From Thermoproteota archaeon (lineage in GTDB: Archaea > Thermoproteota > Thermoprotei > Thermofilales > B9-G17): DNA of 64,000 nucleotides. Positions within the stretch are counted from its first letter, which is position 1. Each line of letters opens with the position of its first letter. Position numbers and translations under genes: made by a program. Positions 1 through 11,184 of the stretch are shown here, piece by piece. The DNA lies in NCBI GenBank assembly GCA_029258885.1, contig JAPDJW010000001.1, forward strand, positions 160,001 through 224,000. Reading direction: 5' to 3'. The notes below the pieces were generated by a model, which saw only the letters and a list, made by a program, of their open reading frames with translations, had not been told where the DNA came from and did no database searches.

Positions 1-396
1 GCCGAGTTAATAGCCAGGTTAGGTAGGGGGAAGGATCATGCCAAATGGCAGCCTGTAGCCGCCATTGCCTACAAGTACTATCCTCAAATTATAATTCATG
101 AGGATAAGTGCACGTTATGTGAAAGGTGTATCGAGGTCTGTCCGAAAAAAGTGCTTAAAATAAGCAATGGAAAGCTAACTGTGGAAAATCTGCTTGAATG
201 TAGTATGTGCAGGGCGTGTGAAAGAGCCTGTGAATATGGCGCTATTGAAGTATCCTGGGATGATACAACATTTATTTTCTCGTTTGAAACGACTGGTGCC
301 TTACCTCCGAAGGCTATTTTAGTTAAAGCATTAGAAATCTTAATTAATAAGGCGAGGAAGTTTATGGAGGAAGTGGAGTATAGGGTGAAAGAATGA
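1..396 (+). CDS. rpoD: RNA polymerase subunit D (Rpo3), 5'-truncated by the window edge
   Basis: Frame 1 is open from base 1 ([19 protein letters not shown]...[12 protein letters not shown]...[11 protein letters not shown]...[11 protein letters not shown]). It has the KDHAKW motif and ferredoxin-like Cys clusters, and sits upstream of rpl18e. Confidence 0.95.
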   Translation, partial: AELIARLGRGKDHAKWQPVAAIAYKYYPQIIIHEDKCTLCERCIEVCPKKVLKISNGKLTVENLLECSMCRACERACEYGAIEVSWDDTTFIFSFETTGALPPKAILVKALEILINKARKFMEEVEYRVKE

Positions 397-755
397 AGAG
401 AACCGGGCCGACAGACGTAAACTTAAGATTACTGGCGGCATACTTACGAAAGGCATCTAGAATTCATGGAGCTAAAATATGGAGGGTTGTTTCCGAGAAA
501 CTCCTGGCGCCGACTAGGAAGCGCATTGAAGTTAATATAAGCAGAATAAACAGGTACACTAAAGATGGAGACTATGTAGTGATTCCGGGCAAGGTTCTCG
601 GATCAGGTATTCTAGATCACAAGGTTTATGTTGCCGCTTGGAAGTTCTCAGAGAAGGCTAAAGAGAAAATAGAAAAAGCTGGAGGAAAATGTCTCAGAAT
701 AGATGAGCTTGTAGAGATAAATCCTAAAGGTAGTAATGTAAAAATTTTATATTAG
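393..755 (+). CDS. rpl18e: 50S ribosomal protein L18e
   Basis: Motifs [23 protein letters not shown] and [14 protein letters not shown]; conserved operon position. Confidence 0.97.
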   Translation: MKRTGPTDVNLRLLAAYLRKASRIHGAKIWRVVSEKLLAPTRKRIEVNISRINRYTKDGDYVVIPGKVLGSGILDHKVYVAAWKFSEKAKEKIEKAGGKCLRIDELVEINPKGSNVKILY

Positions 756-767
756 AGGTTGAGGGGG

Positions 768-1217
768 ATGTCGTCTAATAAGGTGTATGTGATAAATGCT
801 GAGGGATGTATTTTAGGTAGATTGGCTTCATATATAGCAAAGAGGTTGCTTTCAGGCGATAAAATAGTAGTTGTGAATGCTGAGAAAGCCATAGTCACTG
901 GAAGGAAACGTGAGATAATAGAAAGGTATAAACGTAGATTAAGATGGAGAACATACTATAACCCAGAGAAGAGAGGACCTAAGATTCCTAAGCGGCCGGA
1001 TAGAGTGTTCAAGAGAACGGTTAGGGGAATGTTACCCTATAAGAAGGAGAAGGGGAGAATAGCTCTTAAAAACCTTAAAGTGTATATAGGGGTACCTGAG
1101 GAGTACGCCAACGTCGAGTATCTAGAGGTGCCCGAGGCGAAGAAGGATTTTTTAAAGACGGAATATTTAACGTTAGAGGAAATAGCGTATGAAATGGGGT
1201 GGCGCAGGAATGCCTAA
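768..1217 (+). CDS. rpl13: 50S ribosomal protein L13
   Basis: VINAEGCILGRLAS and VRGMLP motifs. ATG at 768 follows a G-rich SD (the track start at 759 is TTG). Confidence 0.96.
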   Translation: MSSNKVYVINAEGCILGRLASYIAKRLLSGDKIVVVNAEKAIVTGRKREIIERYKRRLRWRTYYNPEKRGPKIPKRPDRVFKRTVRGMLPYKKEKGRIALKNLKVYIGVPEEYANVEYLEVPEAKKDFLKTEYLTLEEIAYEMGWRRNA

Positions 1218-1614
1218 AATAGTACTTACATCTACTAGAAGGAAGATGGCTAGGGCTAGAGTTATAATTAGAGAGGGTAAGGGAAGGGTTAGGATAAATG
1301 GCATACCATTAGAGATATATCAGCCAGAGCTTGCCAGATGGAAGATTATGGAGCCTCTACTCTTAGCTGGAGAGAAGATAGTTAATAAGATAGATATTGA
1401 AGCTAGCGCTAGGGGAGGAGGAGTTATGGGGCAAGCGTCCGCCATAAGGACAGCTATCGCTCGAGGCTTAGTCTTATGGACAAAATCCGAGGAACTAAGA
1501 CAATTATTTCTAAAGTATGATAGGCATCTTCTAGTGGAGGATCCGAGACAGACAGAGCCTAAGAAGCCTAGAGGAAGATCTGCAAGAGCAAAAAGACAGA
1601 AAAGCTATCGATAA
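1210..1614 (+). CDS. rps9: 30S ribosomal protein S9
   Basis: [17 protein letters not shown] and C-terminal [10 protein letters not shown] motifs. ATG at 1210 overlaps the rpl13 end. Confidence 0.97.
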   Translation: MPKIVLTSTRRKMARARVIIREGKGRVRINGIPLEIYQPELARWKIMEPLLLAGEKIVNKIDIEASARGGGVMGQASAIRTAIARGLVLWTKSEELRQLFLKYDRHLLVEDPRQTEPKKPRGRSARAKRQKSYR

Positions 1615-1832
1615 GTCTCTTCTCCGGCTTTCGCTCTTATTCTTTCATACTCCAGTATTCCGTCTATTAGTTCTACGTGAGATAAAAACATCCTTCTGCA
1701 ACAGTATCTCTTCACGCCCAAGTCGTCGAGAACCTTTCCAGCGTTTTCTCCTTTCTTAACACGTCGAATATACTCTTCCCATAGATGTCCTATTACTGCA
1801 CCACAGGTAAAGCATCTTACAGGAAATATCAT
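1605..1832 (-). CDS. rpoN: RNA polymerase subunit N (Rpo10)
   Basis: Signature PVRCFTCG...[12 protein letters not shown]. Confidence 0.97.
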   Translation of the reverse strand: MIFPVRCFTCGAVIGHLWEEYIRRVKKGENAGKVLDDLGVKRYCCRRMFLSHVELIDGILEYERIRAKAGEETYR

Positions 1833-1889
1833 TTATAACACCAATATTCTTCTTAGCTAAGTACCTAAATATTTATTTATCGTTTTCTA

Positions 1890-2972
1890 TTGGTGTCAAT
1901 AATGTATAAAAAGGTGGGTTCAGCTAACATAGTTTATGGTGAGCTTCCGCAGGGATGTAAGCTTTGTCTAAGAGGAGCTAAGGCCGTACTGTTTGTAACA
2001 GGCCTTTGTCCAAGAAGATGTTTTTACTGTCCATTAGGATTTGATAGAAGATTTAGGGATATTCAGTTCATAAATGAACGTCCCATAGCAAAAGAAGACG
2101 ACATAATTGAGGAGATGATGATGATGGATGCTCGAGGTACTGGGATAACGGGAGGAGAACCTTTACTAGTACTTGAAAGGACGATAAAGTATATCAGGCT
2201 AATTAAGAACACATTTGGTGAAGAGCATCATATTCACATGTATACCTCTGAAACGCGTGGATCTGTTAATCGAATAATTAGACTCTTCGAGGAAGGATTA
2301 GATGAATTGAGAATGCATCCATACATACTGGGGGAAATAAACTTTGAGTTTATAGAGGAGGTCGCAAAAAATAAGCCGGAAACGGCTAGAGTTGGAATTG
2401 AAATACCAGCATTACCAGGGGAGGAAAGTAGAATTAAAAAGCTAATATTGAAATTAGATAAAATCGGCATCGACTTTATCAATTTAAACGAGCTCGAATT
2501 TACCGAGACAAATTCTTACAGTCTAATGGCTAGAGGATACAGTTTAAGAAGCGACTCGTATACTGCAGCTGAAGGAAGTAGAGAAACGGCATTAAATGTT
2601 TTGAAGTGGGCATCCTGTAAAAACATCAATATGACTATACACTTTTGCTCGGCATTATCAAAGGATAAGGTGCAGACTAAACTCAGGTATTTTAGAAGAG
2701 GTATAAATATGGTTAAGCCATACGAGAAATTAACGGATGAAGGAACTATATTATATCTATCAGTAAAGTTTAAAACCCATAGGGATGCCGAAGCTTTTAT
2801 AAGACAACTCAAGCTTCCTAGAAGTTTATTTAAAGTAGAAAATAAAAGAGTCTATACAAGCATAGACCTAATAGATGAAGTAAAAAAAGCGAAGAATATC
2901 GTCAAGGCTGAGGTAATAGAATTATCGGCAACATACCATAGACAGGTGATGGGAATTACGCCTTTGCTTTAA
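1890..2972 (+). CDS. Radical SAM protein (conserved archaeal family)
   Basis: CPRRCFYC (CxxxCxxC) and GITGGEPL motifs; N-terminal LPQGCKLC. Confidence 0.85.
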   Translation: MVSIMYKKVGSANIVYGELPQGCKLCLRGAKAVLFVTGLCPRRCFYCPLGFDRRFRDIQFINERPIAKEDDIIEEMMMMDARGTGITGGEPLLVLERTIKYIRLIKNTFGEEHHIHMYTSETRGSVNRIIRLFEEGLDELRMHPYILGEINFEFIEEVAKNKPETARVGIEIPALPGEESRIKKLILKLDKIGIDFINLNELEFTETNSYSLMARGYSLRSDSYTAAEGSRETALNVLKWASCKNINMTIHFCSALSKDKVQTKLRYFRRGINMVKPYEKLTDEGTILYLSVKFKTHRDAEAFIRQLKLPRSLFKVENKRVYTSIDLIDEVKKAKNIVKAEVIELSATYHRQVMGITPLL

Positions 2973-2974
2973 GG

Positions 2975-4054
2975 TTATTGTTCTTCTATGCCTAACTTTT
3001 GTCTGACTTGTGCCAGATACTTCTTTAAATCTGATATTAGATGCACTGGAGTTGGGTCAATACTTCTATAAATAGCTAAATAGTAGGAGATGAGGTCAGT
3101 TAAATAGATCATCTCAAATATTTCGCTAAGCCTTTTCCCAGATTTAACGCTGATTTCTATAAAGTCGATATTCTCCTTTTCGAGGATCCTCTTAAGATAA
3201 TCTATCCTTGCTCTTACATCTAAATCTTCCTCACTTCCTCTCAAAATAGCCACTAGTACTTTTTCCTTCTCTATCTGTATGGCCTCGAAAAGCATTATGT
3301 CGTTGTGATTCATTTCAGGAATATGATCAAATTTAGCCAGCATCTTACTATTTTCATTTAATTGATCCTTAAATCGCACTGCTACTGAGCAGTAAGGCCT
3401 ATACGAATAAATTAGAGGAATTTTTCTCAAGATTTTCTTAGCATACGCCTTCGCTAAGTTTTTGTTCTCCCGAACTTCCCTCCTAATATTTTCCCTCATT
3501 TTAATCAGTTGATTATACGTGTACTTTATGTCTTCATCCATATCTATACGACTTAGCGTACTTAATGTAACGATCAACGGCATGGTAAGATATGATATAG
3601 CGCATCGAGGAGGGTATCCTGTAGGAATTTTAATGACAGGATAATTTTTTCTATTAAGCATACGCTCTAACTCTCCGTTCGATGTAACGCCAATTATGAA
3701 GTTATTCCTAGCCTGTATTACACGCTTTGTAGCACGTAATGTTTCATAGGTATTTCCCGAATAGCTTATCGAAAAGACCAATGAATTTTCCAATGCACAT
3801 AGTGGCAATTTAAAATCCTTAACCGATAAGATTGGGACATTAATTTTATCATAAAATAAATCTACAGCTATCTCTCCAGCTATACCTGATCCTCCCATCC
3901 CTAAAACCACAACTTTATCAAATTCATGCTCAATTAATATCGTCTTTAAAGTTGGGAGCAGTGTTTCCTTGGATAAATTGTATGCTTTCATGAAATCATC
4001 CGGAAATTTGAACAATAGGGAATACATGTTTTCTTTATCTATTTCTTCGTACAT
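2975..4054 (-). CDS. Bifunctional phosphoglucose/phosphomannose isomerase (SIS family)
   Basis: GMGGSGIAG, SYSGNTYET, PRCA, QLNENSK and PEMNHN motifs. Confidence 0.9.
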   Translation of the reverse strand: MYEEIDKENMYSLLFKFPDDFMKAYNLSKETLLPTLKTILIEHEFDKVVVLGMGGSGIAGEIAVDLFYDKINVPILSVKDFKLPLCALENSLVFSISYSGNTYETLRATKRVIQARNNFIIGVTSNGELERMLNRKNYPVIKIPTGYPPRCAISYLTMPLIVTLSTLSRIDMDEDIKYTYNQLIKMRENIRREVRENKNLAKAYAKKILRKIPLIYSYRPYCSVAVRFKDQLNENSKMLAKFDHIPEMNHNDIMLFEAIQIEKEKVLVAILRGSEEDLDVRARIDYLKRILEKENIDFIEISVKSGKRLSEIFEMIYLTDLISYYLAIYRSIDPTPVHLISDLKKYLAQVRQKLGIEEQ

Positions 4055-4066
4055 TGTCCTACACCT

Positions 4067-4837
4067 TCATCTTACGGGTAGTCCTTTGGAGAGAGTAATC
4101 GTTTTAAATCTTTGGGCATCATCTGCCATATAAATATTGTTGAAAAGAACGTATATGTCCCTACAATTGGGGATGTATCTCTTACATATATTTGCCAGCG
4201 TATGTAGGTCGTTTTCAGTATACTTATACCTATAATTAACCTCCCTTGGACCTATACCATGAAGTCTAAAGTAACATACGTCATGATAATATACGGTTTC
4301 ATGTTTAAATGGATCAACTACATGTATCAAGTCTAGTCTCCTACATATATCCTTAATGAGGTTGGGGTCTTTATGCCAGTCGCCCCTCGGCTCCCAGCCT
4401 ATCACTATATTCCCTCGATTTATGGTAGTTAAGAATTTCTCCATATTTAACACATTTTCCTCAGTGGCTCTAAATGACGGTGGAGTCTGAATTATACATA
4501 TCCTTGCATCTAAGGCTTTACATATCTCTAGGGTCTTCTCCCATGCCTCAATATTTTCATCCGTCGGTCTTAAGAAGCCATATTTATCACGCTTTTTCGG
4601 CTCAATTTTCAATCCAGCCTTCCTCCAGGTCGGAGATGAAGGTGGATGAGTTATTACTTGCCAGGCTTTTAGAGTAAATTCGAAGTCTTCAGGAGCTTGA
4701 TCACGCATTTTAATGGCAGTCTCTTTTCTAGGTAGCTTGTAAAACGTATTCTGGAGCTCTATAAGCTTAAATACTTCAAAGTATTTCTTTCTTCCACCTC
4801 TCACAGACCATCCACAAGTGCCAACCTTAATCATCAA
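4067..4837 (-). CDS. DUF72 family protein
   Basis: VGTCGW, ELQNTFY, WEPRG, YFRLHG and YVLFNN motifs. Confidence 0.9.
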   Translation of the reverse strand: MMIKVGTCGWSVRGGRKKYFEVFKLIELQNTFYKLPRKETAIKMRDQAPEDFEFTLKAWQVITHPPSSPTWRKAGLKIEPKKRDKYGFLRPTDENIEAWEKTLEICKALDARICIIQTPPSFRATEENVLNMEKFLTTINRGNIVIGWEPRGDWHKDPNLIKDICRRLDLIHVVDPFKHETVYYHDVCYFRLHGIGPREVNYRYKYTENDLHTLANICKRYIPNCRDIYVLFNNIYMADDAQRFKTITLSKGLPVR

Positions 4838-4977
4838 AATCTAAATTCCGCAAGCAAATTTAAAGCTAATCTTCAACATGTTTTTATCGACAATCATCGA
4901 ATGAAGAATAATATTTTGACGTTTTTTGCATAGAAAATGTTTTTATAGTTCTAAAAACACTACTAAAACGTGGTAAC

Positions 4978-5292
4978 ATGCCCTTATCAGATGGAGAAAG
5001 GGCTTTACTCCTAAAACATGCATATTATGTAGCTAAGAACATTGTAAAAAGAACAAAATCTAAGAAAATATCCATTAAGCTAAGGACATTACTGAGATAT
5101 GCCTATGTATCGTATGTGAGAAATACTTTCGACATTAGTACGATTAGAGGGCTTGTTCCTAGAATTAGACCGCCCTCCAGGTTCACAAGCCAATACGTGT
5201 ATAGGGATATTGAAGATATGTTAAGGAGGAATTTTAAAGTAATGGTAGAAAGGAGGAGGCAACATACGTACGTCATCTTTTATAAAGAATAA
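4978..5292 (+). CDS. Small basic hypothetical protein
   Basis: 104-aa K/R-rich ORF with an AT-rich promoter-like region upstream; fills the gap between genes. Confidence 0.7.
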   Translation: MPLSDGERALLLKHAYYVAKNIVKRTKSKKISIKLRTLLRYAYVSYVRNTFDISTIRGLVPRIRPPSRFTSQYVYRDIEDMLRRNFKVMVERRRQHTYVIFYKE

Positions 5293-5294
5293 CT

Positions 5295-5765
5295 TTACTT
5301 CTGCTTTTTTACACCTCTTCTAACCTTTACCGCTATACCTCTTTTAAAGCTCAGCATTTCTTGTGCTGCCAATACAGCTCTTCCAATAGCTAAAAGTCTA
5401 TCCTCTTCATCCACCACCAGTACTTCCTCGCCAGCACGTATTTCTGGATCGACATTCACCACGTGTTTAGCAAATACATTTCTACCCTCCGCAATTATAT
5501 CAGCCACATCCTTCCTTACAATAACTCTTCTACAAGGAAATGGTAGAAGCTTATGGAGAATTTTAGCTCCTTCTATGTTCAATACTATAAAACCATCGCT
5601 AGCTCTAACGCTTGCTATTAGCTTATCGTTTAGATATATGTAGCGTATCCTACCAGTATTCTTAGACTTTATGTACGTCACCCTACCCTGTTTCAAAAGC
5701 TTATCCCCTAAATTTCCTCCATACTGGTAGTTTAGCGTGCATCTAATTCTTTCCAGCTCCTCCAT
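5295..5765 (-). CDS. Stand-alone PUA-domain protein (resembles the C-terminal part of archaeosine TGT)
   Basis: GRNVFAKHV...DPEIRAGEEVLVV...LLAIGRA...GIAVKVR. Confidence 0.85.
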   Translation of the reverse strand: MEELERIRCTLNYQYGGNLGDKLLKQGRVTYIKSKNTGRIRYIYLNDKLIASVRASDGFIVLNIEGAKILHKLLPFPCRRVIVRKDVADIIAEGRNVFAKHVVNVDPEIRAGEEVLVVDEEDRLLAIGRAVLAAQEMLSFKRGIAVKVRRGVKKQK

Positions 5766-5848
5766 GCTCCATCACTAATGTCCTCCTCGTTAGTCTAAGA
5801 GAACAAAAATAAAAGAGAATATCAGCTAATAAAGATTAGTGATAATAT

Positions 5849-6331
5849 ATGCTATGTGAACTTTGTGGAAGGGAAATTAGGGGGAAAGTTTATAGGGCAC
5901 GATTTAACTCCAGTATCCTCATAATATGTAGCTACTGTGCTAGCAAACATCGCAACAGTGTTATAGGGGAGTATGTGACTAATGTTCCTAGATACACGGT
6001 CAAGCCGAAGAGGTCGAAATTTTTCCTCGACAAAAGTGAAATGTACGAGATCGTTGAGGACTGCGGTGAGAGAGTACGGGAGGCAAGGGAATCTCTCGGA
6101 CTAACGAGGGAGCTATTGGCTCAAATGGTGGGCGAAAAAGTATCTACAATTAGAAGAATAGAGGAGGGATCCCTAGTTCCCGACTTAAATCTAGCAAGAA
6201 AGCTAGAGAAAGCGCTTAAAATAGTTTTAGTAGAAGAATCTACCTCTTACATTCCGAGCGAATATAAATTTAGCACAAATAGGGATTTAACTCTAGGTGA
6301 TATTGTAGAGTTTAAAAGGAAAAAGAAATAA
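5849..6331 (+). CDS. Multiprotein bridging factor aMBF1
   Basis: N-terminal CELCG...CSYC zinc ribbon, central HTH, C-terminal LTLGDIV. Confidence 0.92.
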   Translation: MLCELCGREIRGKVYRARFNSSILIICSYCASKHRNSVIGEYVTNVPRYTVKPKRSKFFLDKSEMYEIVEDCGERVREARESLGLTRELLAQMVGEKVSTIRRIEEGSLVPDLNLARKLEKALKIVLVEESTSYIPSEYKFSTNRDLTLGDIVEFKRKKK

Positions 6332-6355
6332 GTCGATGTAGGGTGTAGATAGTAA

Positions 6356-7654
6356 ATGCGAGTGTTACTGGTACAGAGGCGTCTTAGGGACGAAAGATCG
6401 TATTTAGATGAGCTTAGGGAGCTAGCTAGAGTAGCCGGTTATGATCCGGTACTGGAAATTGAGCAAATAAGAAAACCGGATGCAAAGTATCATATTGGCT
6501 CCGGTAAAGTACGTGAAATAGCTAGAATAATAAAGGATCTAAATATTGAGAAGGTGATTTTTTACAATGAATTAAAGCCGTCACAGGTACATAATCTTAT
6601 GAAGGCATGGAAGGTTGAGGTAATAGATAGATTTCAGCTTATATTGGAAATTTTCAGCAAGCGAGCGGGTACCAAGGAGGCAAAGCTACAAATAGAGCTA
6701 GCGAAGTTGAGGAGAGATCTATCCTTCATACGGGAACAGATAAGTTTAATGAAACGAGGAGAATATCCTGGTTTTCTATCTGGAGGAGGCTACAAGGTTG
6801 ATGCTTTCTACGACTATGTTAACAGGAGGATAGCAAAAATAGAAAAGGAGCTTAGAGAAATTAGAAGGAAAAAGCATATTTTAAGGAAAAAACGGACGTC
6901 ATGCGGATTTCCAACGGCAGTTTTAACTGGATATACGGGAGCTGGTAAAACGACGATTTTCAATCGTATGACTGGATATGAAGGATATATTGATGGGAGG
7001 CCTTTTGCTACCTTGTCAACTAAGATAAAGAGGATAAATATCTTAGGTAGGAAAATACTTCTTGCCGATACTATCGGATTTATAGAGAACCTGCCATCTC
7101 TTTTAGTCGAAGCCTTCTACACCACTCTTGAGGAAATAGTTTATGCTGACCTAGTAATTCTAGTAATGGATGCAAGCGTAAAGAAGGCGGAGTTTGAAAG
7201 GAAGTTTAACGCAAGCGTAAATATCCTTGAAAATCTAGGAGTTTCACTAGGTGATGTACTATACGTATTGAATAAGATAGATCTAGTGGATAGCGATAAA
7301 TTAGCTCTCCTTCAGGATATCATTAGGGATAGAATCGGTAAGGTTGAAACAGTAGCCATCTCTGCTTTAAAAGGTATTGGATTTGCGGCATTTGAGAGAA
7401 AAATTCTATCGATGTTAAGAAACTACCTGAGAGTTACTTTAAAACTTCCAGCGGATAATGATGGTATTGATTTCTTATTCAAAAGAATATATCCTTTAGC
7501 ATATGTTGATTTCCTAGGCTTTAATGAGGGTACTGTTAATTTAATTATCGAAGGAACTAGGGATTCAATCCGTAGAATCTTGTGCGAGATAGAGAATAGA
7601 GGGGGAGTAGTTGAAGCTATATCCAGAGGTTGTGGTATTGAGGCTAGGGCATAG
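6356..7654 (+). CDS. hflX: GTPase HflX
   Basis: IGSGKV, LILEIF..RA...[27 protein letters not shown] and NKID motifs. Confidence 0.93.
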   Translation: MRVLLVQRRLRDERSYLDELRELARVAGYDPVLEIEQIRKPDAKYHIGSGKVREIARIIKDLNIEKVIFYNELKPSQVHNLMKAWKVEVIDRFQLILEIFSKRAGTKEAKLQIELAKLRRDLSFIREQISLMKRGEYPGFLSGGGYKVDAFYDYVNRRIAKIEKELREIRRKKHILRKKRTSCGFPTAVLTGYTGAGKTTIFNRMTGYEGYIDGRPFATLSTKIKRINILGRKILLADTIGFIENLPSLLVEAFYTTLEEIVYADLVILVMDASVKKAEFERKFNASVNILENLGVSLGDVLYVLNKIDLVDSDKLALLQDIIRDRIGKVETVAISALKGIGFAAFERKILSMLRNYLRVTLKLPADNDGIDFLFKRIYPLAYVDFLGFNEGTVNLIIEGTRDSIRRILCEIENRGGVVEAISRGCGIEARA

Positions 7655-8165
7655 GGTAGGAAGAGATAAAAGGATAAGCACGCATGTGGGGCTTGTAGCT
7701 AGAGCCTTCGGAGCGAGAGCAATAATCTATTTTGGAGAAATAGAGCGGAGTGTAGTCGAGTCCATAAGGAACGTCGTATCCAACTGGGGAGGAAGATTTG
7801 AGGTCTACGTTGAAACGAACTGGAGAAAGAAAATTTTAGAATTAAAAAATAATGGATGGAGAATAGTTCATTTAACGATGTATGGGATAAATATTGCGGA
7901 AAGAGGGCTAATAGAGGAATTGAGAGGCTGTGAAAAATTAGCTGTAGTTGTGGGAGCAGAGAAAGTTCCTGCAGAGTTATATAGTATTGCAGACTATAAT
8001 GTTGCCATTGGAAACCAGCCACATAGCGAAGTTGCCGCTTTAGCTGTCTTTTTAGATAGGTTATATGGAGGAAAAGAACTTTGTATCAGTTTTCCTAATT
8101 ATAAATTGAAGATAATCCCCAGCGCTAGGGGAAAAATGGTTGTGAGGCATAACGATGAAGAATGA
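7611..8165 (+). CDS. trm56: tRNA (cytidine-56-2'-O)-methyltransferase
   Basis: [41 protein letters not shown] and [15 protein letters not shown] motifs. Confidence 0.95.
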   Translation: MKLYPEVVVLRLGHRVGRDKRISTHVGLVARAFGARAIIYFGEIERSVVESIRNVVSNWGGRFEVYVETNWRKKILELKNNGWRIVHLTMYGINIAERGLIEELRGCEKLAVVVGAEKVPAELYSIADYNVAIGNQPHSEVAALAVFLDRLYGGKELCISFPNYKLKIIPSARGKMVVRHNDEE

Positions 8166-8652
8166 ACAATTACTACTTATAATGGCTGAGAGAATACTGG
8201 GGGAAAAAGCTGCAAATATAGTTACTTTACTTTTAGAGAATGATGAATTGACAGATGAAGCAATATCGAGGGCTATTAAGCTTGATATAAACGAGACCAG
8301 AAGACTACTTCACAGGCTATTCGACCTAAATATCGTAAAGTATAGAAGGATAAGGGACGAGAAAATAGGATGGTACACTTACTTATGGAGGATAACTGAC
8401 AGTTCCCCTGAAGCTATAATAGCGCTGAGAAAGAAGAGAGTTTTAGAAAAACTCAAAAGAAGGCTTGAATATGAGCTAGATGGACCCTACTACTATTGTG
8501 GAAAATGTAATACACGTTACACATTTGGAGATGCGTCAAGCTATATGTTTATGTGTCCAAAATGTGATGAAGTACTAAGTCCCTACGATAACTCGAAGCT
8601 CGTAGAAAAGCTTGAAAAAATCATAAGGCAACTTGAGGAAACTCCCCCATAG
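8155..8652 (+). CDS. tfe: Transcription factor E alpha
   Basis: wHTH (RRLLHRL, GWYTYLW) plus CGKC...CPKC zinc ribbon. Confidence 0.93.
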   Translation: MKNEQLLLIMAERILGEKAANIVTLLLENDELTDEAISRAIKLDINETRRLLHRLFDLNIVKYRRIRDEKIGWYTYLWRITDSSPEAIIALRKKRVLEKLKRRLEYELDGPYYYCGKCNTRYTFGDASSYMFMCPKCDEVLSPYDNSKLVEKLEKIIRQLEETPP

Positions 8653-9240
8653 AACAGTTAATGATAAGCAGTAGAGATGGTAAAGAAGCTTACATAGCTA
8701 TAAATTTCAAATGTATATCCTACTAGGCTTATAGAAACTTAGTTTTGCCGGAGAGCAAAACATAGCATGAAGATAGCTCTTTCAGATGTTACTTAAAATA
8801 TTCCAGGGTGTAATGTTTAACGTTAATGGGAATGAATCATCTGATAGATGGTTAAATAAAGCATGTTTATATAGCCTGAGGAGCGAAAGTTATGCTCTCA
8901 CATCTTTTGTATTTTTTTTAAGGTGGGGCTTACTCATTAAGGGCTGCGGCGGTTTTCCAGACTTTGTGTCGGACTTGGACATAGCTCTATCCAATCCTAG
9001 TAAAAATAGTGCCAGAGGAAATAGCACTAACAGACTACTGGTGAAGCATTAGATAAGGTACCGAATAATCCAATACACAACCTTATCACGATCAAGAGCC
9101 GTTAAGCAACGATTAAATATATTAATATCATAGTGTGTGTTTTCCTTAGGTGGAAGTTTGGTTAATGAGGTAATTCTCAGGGTTGTTGAAGCTAAGCAAG
9201 GTGATGTTTTTCTAAATATTAACGAGAAGCGGTGGGATAA

Positions 9241-10452
9241 ATGATAGCATATTTAGTTGATAATATATTGGGAGTCTTCGCGCTTAACAGTAATGGAGAT
9301 ATCATAGATAAGGTGCTTTTCGAGGGTAGCGTTGACGAAATATCTCAAAAAATCTACATGCTTGAAAAAAGCGAAGTTATAAGTGAACTAAGGGATCTAA
9401 TCGGAAAGCTTATAGAAGGGGGCGTCAGCGAACTAGTGTTAGAGGATGAGAAACTGGCAAGGAGGATCAAGAGAGAATTTGGAGTTAATGTAAAAATCGA
9501 ATTGCCTAGCAAGCTAGCACAAAAATTCAGAAGGGAATTGCCAGAGTATCTATCTAAAGTAGGTATAGACTACGAGAATTACCTTGATAAACTATTCGAA
9601 ATTTCACAGACATTAACAAAAATGAAGGTAAGAGAAGCTGCAGAGAGAAGAGATTTATTTATCGCCCAGTCAATATCAGCAATAGATGAAATAGATAGAA
9701 CAATAAATCTCTTTGCATCAAGGCTTAGAGAATGGTATGGCCTTCACTTCCCTGAGCTCGGGGAACTAATACGAGAACATGAGCTATACGCTAAAGTTGT
9801 CGCAAATATAGGCTTAAGAGACAATATGAGGGCAGAACAACTAATCGCCTTAGGTCTAGATGAGAAAAAAGCTAGACGTATTGTTGATGTAGCTAAGAAG
9901 AGCATGGGAGCTAAAATGACGTCCTTTGACATAGAGTACATTCAGGCGTTCGCTTCCCAGCTTCTTAGACTATATGAACTAAGGAGAAAGCTTGAAGTAT
10001 ATGTAGACGAGGCCATGAAGGAAGTAGCGCCTAACATCAGAGGACTTGTGGGTCCACTTTTAGGAGCGAGGTTAATCGCATTAGCTGGCGGATTAAACAA
10101 GCTCGCAACTCTGCCTGCAAGTACAATACAAGTGTTAGGTGCTGAGAAAGCTTTATTTAGGGCATTGAGGACAGGAGGCAAACCGCCGAAGCACGGCGTA
10201 ATATTCCAGTATCCAGCAATCTTCCGAGCACCCAGATGGCAGAGAGGTAAAATAGCTAGAGCTCTTGCAGCAAAACTGGCAATAGCTGCAAGAATAGATG
10301 TTTTTTCAGGCGAGTACAAGGCGGATGTACTTAAGGATGAAATCGAAAAAAGAATAAAGGAGATTAAGGAATTATATCCGAGGCCGCCTCCGAGAAAGAC
10401 CGAGCCTGTTAGGAGGACAGGCAAGAAAAAGAAGAGGAGGAGGAAAAGATGA
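9241..10452 (+). CDS. nop5: C/D box RNP protein Nop5 (Nop56/58)
   Basis: [32 protein letters not shown] and PKHGVIFQ motifs; K/R-rich tail. Confidence 0.97.
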   Translation: MIAYLVDNILGVFALNSNGDIIDKVLFEGSVDEISQKIYMLEKSEVISELRDLIGKLIEGGVSELVLEDEKLARRIKREFGVNVKIELPSKLAQKFRRELPEYLSKVGIDYENYLDKLFEISQTLTKMKVREAAERRDLFIAQSISAIDEIDRTINLFASRLREWYGLHFPELGELIREHELYAKVVANIGLRDNMRAEQLIALGLDEKKARRIVDVAKKSMGAKMTSFDIEYIQAFASQLLRLYELRRKLEVYVDEAMKEVAPNIRGLVGPLLGARLIALAGGLNKLATLPASTIQVLGAEKALFRALRTGGKPPKHGVIFQYPAIFRAPRWQRGKIARALAAKLAIAARIDVFSGEYKADVLKDEIEKRIKEIKELYPRPPPRKTEPVRRTGKKKKRRRKR

Positions 10453-11144
10453 TAAAAAAGGTATATCCACATGAGAAGTTTGAGGGAGTCTTTTGGGCTG
10501 AATTCGAGGACGGAACTAGAAGACTAGCTACCATAAATCTAGCTCCAGGCAGAAGAGTATACGGCGAATTAATTTTCAAGTATGAGGGGAAGGAATATAG
10601 GATATGGGATCCCTATAGAAGCAAGCTTGCGGCAGCAATTTTAAAGGGCCTTGAAATAATGCCTATTAAGCACGGATCCAAGGTTCTCTATCTAGGCTCA
10701 GCTACAGGAACTACCCCAAGCCATGTATCTGATATTGTTGGCGAGGAAGGATTAGTTTTCTGCATAGAGTTCTCACCTAGAGTAATGAGGGAATTCATCG
10801 AGAGGTGTCTGCCGCATAGAAAGAACATGATTCCAATACTAGCTGATGCAAGATTTCCAGTATCCTATAGAATGTACTTAACAGAGGTTGATGTAGTCTA
10901 CGCGGATATAGCACAGCCGTTTCAGAGCAAGATTGTAGCTGATAACGCTGATGTATATCTAAAGTCTGGAGGCTGGGTAGTTCAGGCAATAAAGGCAATG
11001 AGTATTGATGTAACTAAAGAGCCTTCAGAAACTTATCGCCGTGAAATAGAACATCTAGAATCCAGAGGCTTTGGAATTGAAAATGTTGTACACTTAGAGC
11101 CTTACGATGTGGCACACGCTTTTTTAGTAGCTATTAAAAAATAG
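10449..11144 (+). CDS. flpA: Fibrillarin-like rRNA/tRNA 2'-O-methyltransferase
   Basis: [32 protein letters not shown] and DIAQP motifs; ATGA overlap with nop5. Confidence 0.97.
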   Translation: MIKKVYPHEKFEGVFWAEFEDGTRRLATINLAPGRRVYGELIFKYEGKEYRIWDPYRSKLAAAILKGLEIMPIKHGSKVLYLGSATGTTPSHVSDIVGEEGLVFCIEFSPRVMREFIERCLPHRKNMIPILADARFPVSYRMYLTEVDVVYADIAQPFQSKIVADNADVYLKSGGWVVQAIKAMSIDVTKEPSETYRREIEHLESRGFGIENVVHLEPYDVAHAFLVAIKK

Positions 11145-11184
11145 ATGAAGGAGAAGGAATTTAAGCATCTAATCAAATATTATT

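Noticed and set aside
8786-9052. 88-aa plus-strand ORF in the tfe-nop5 gap
   Set aside because: Composition is unlike this genome's proteins (few E/K), with no SD or recognisable motif; treated as a chance ORF.
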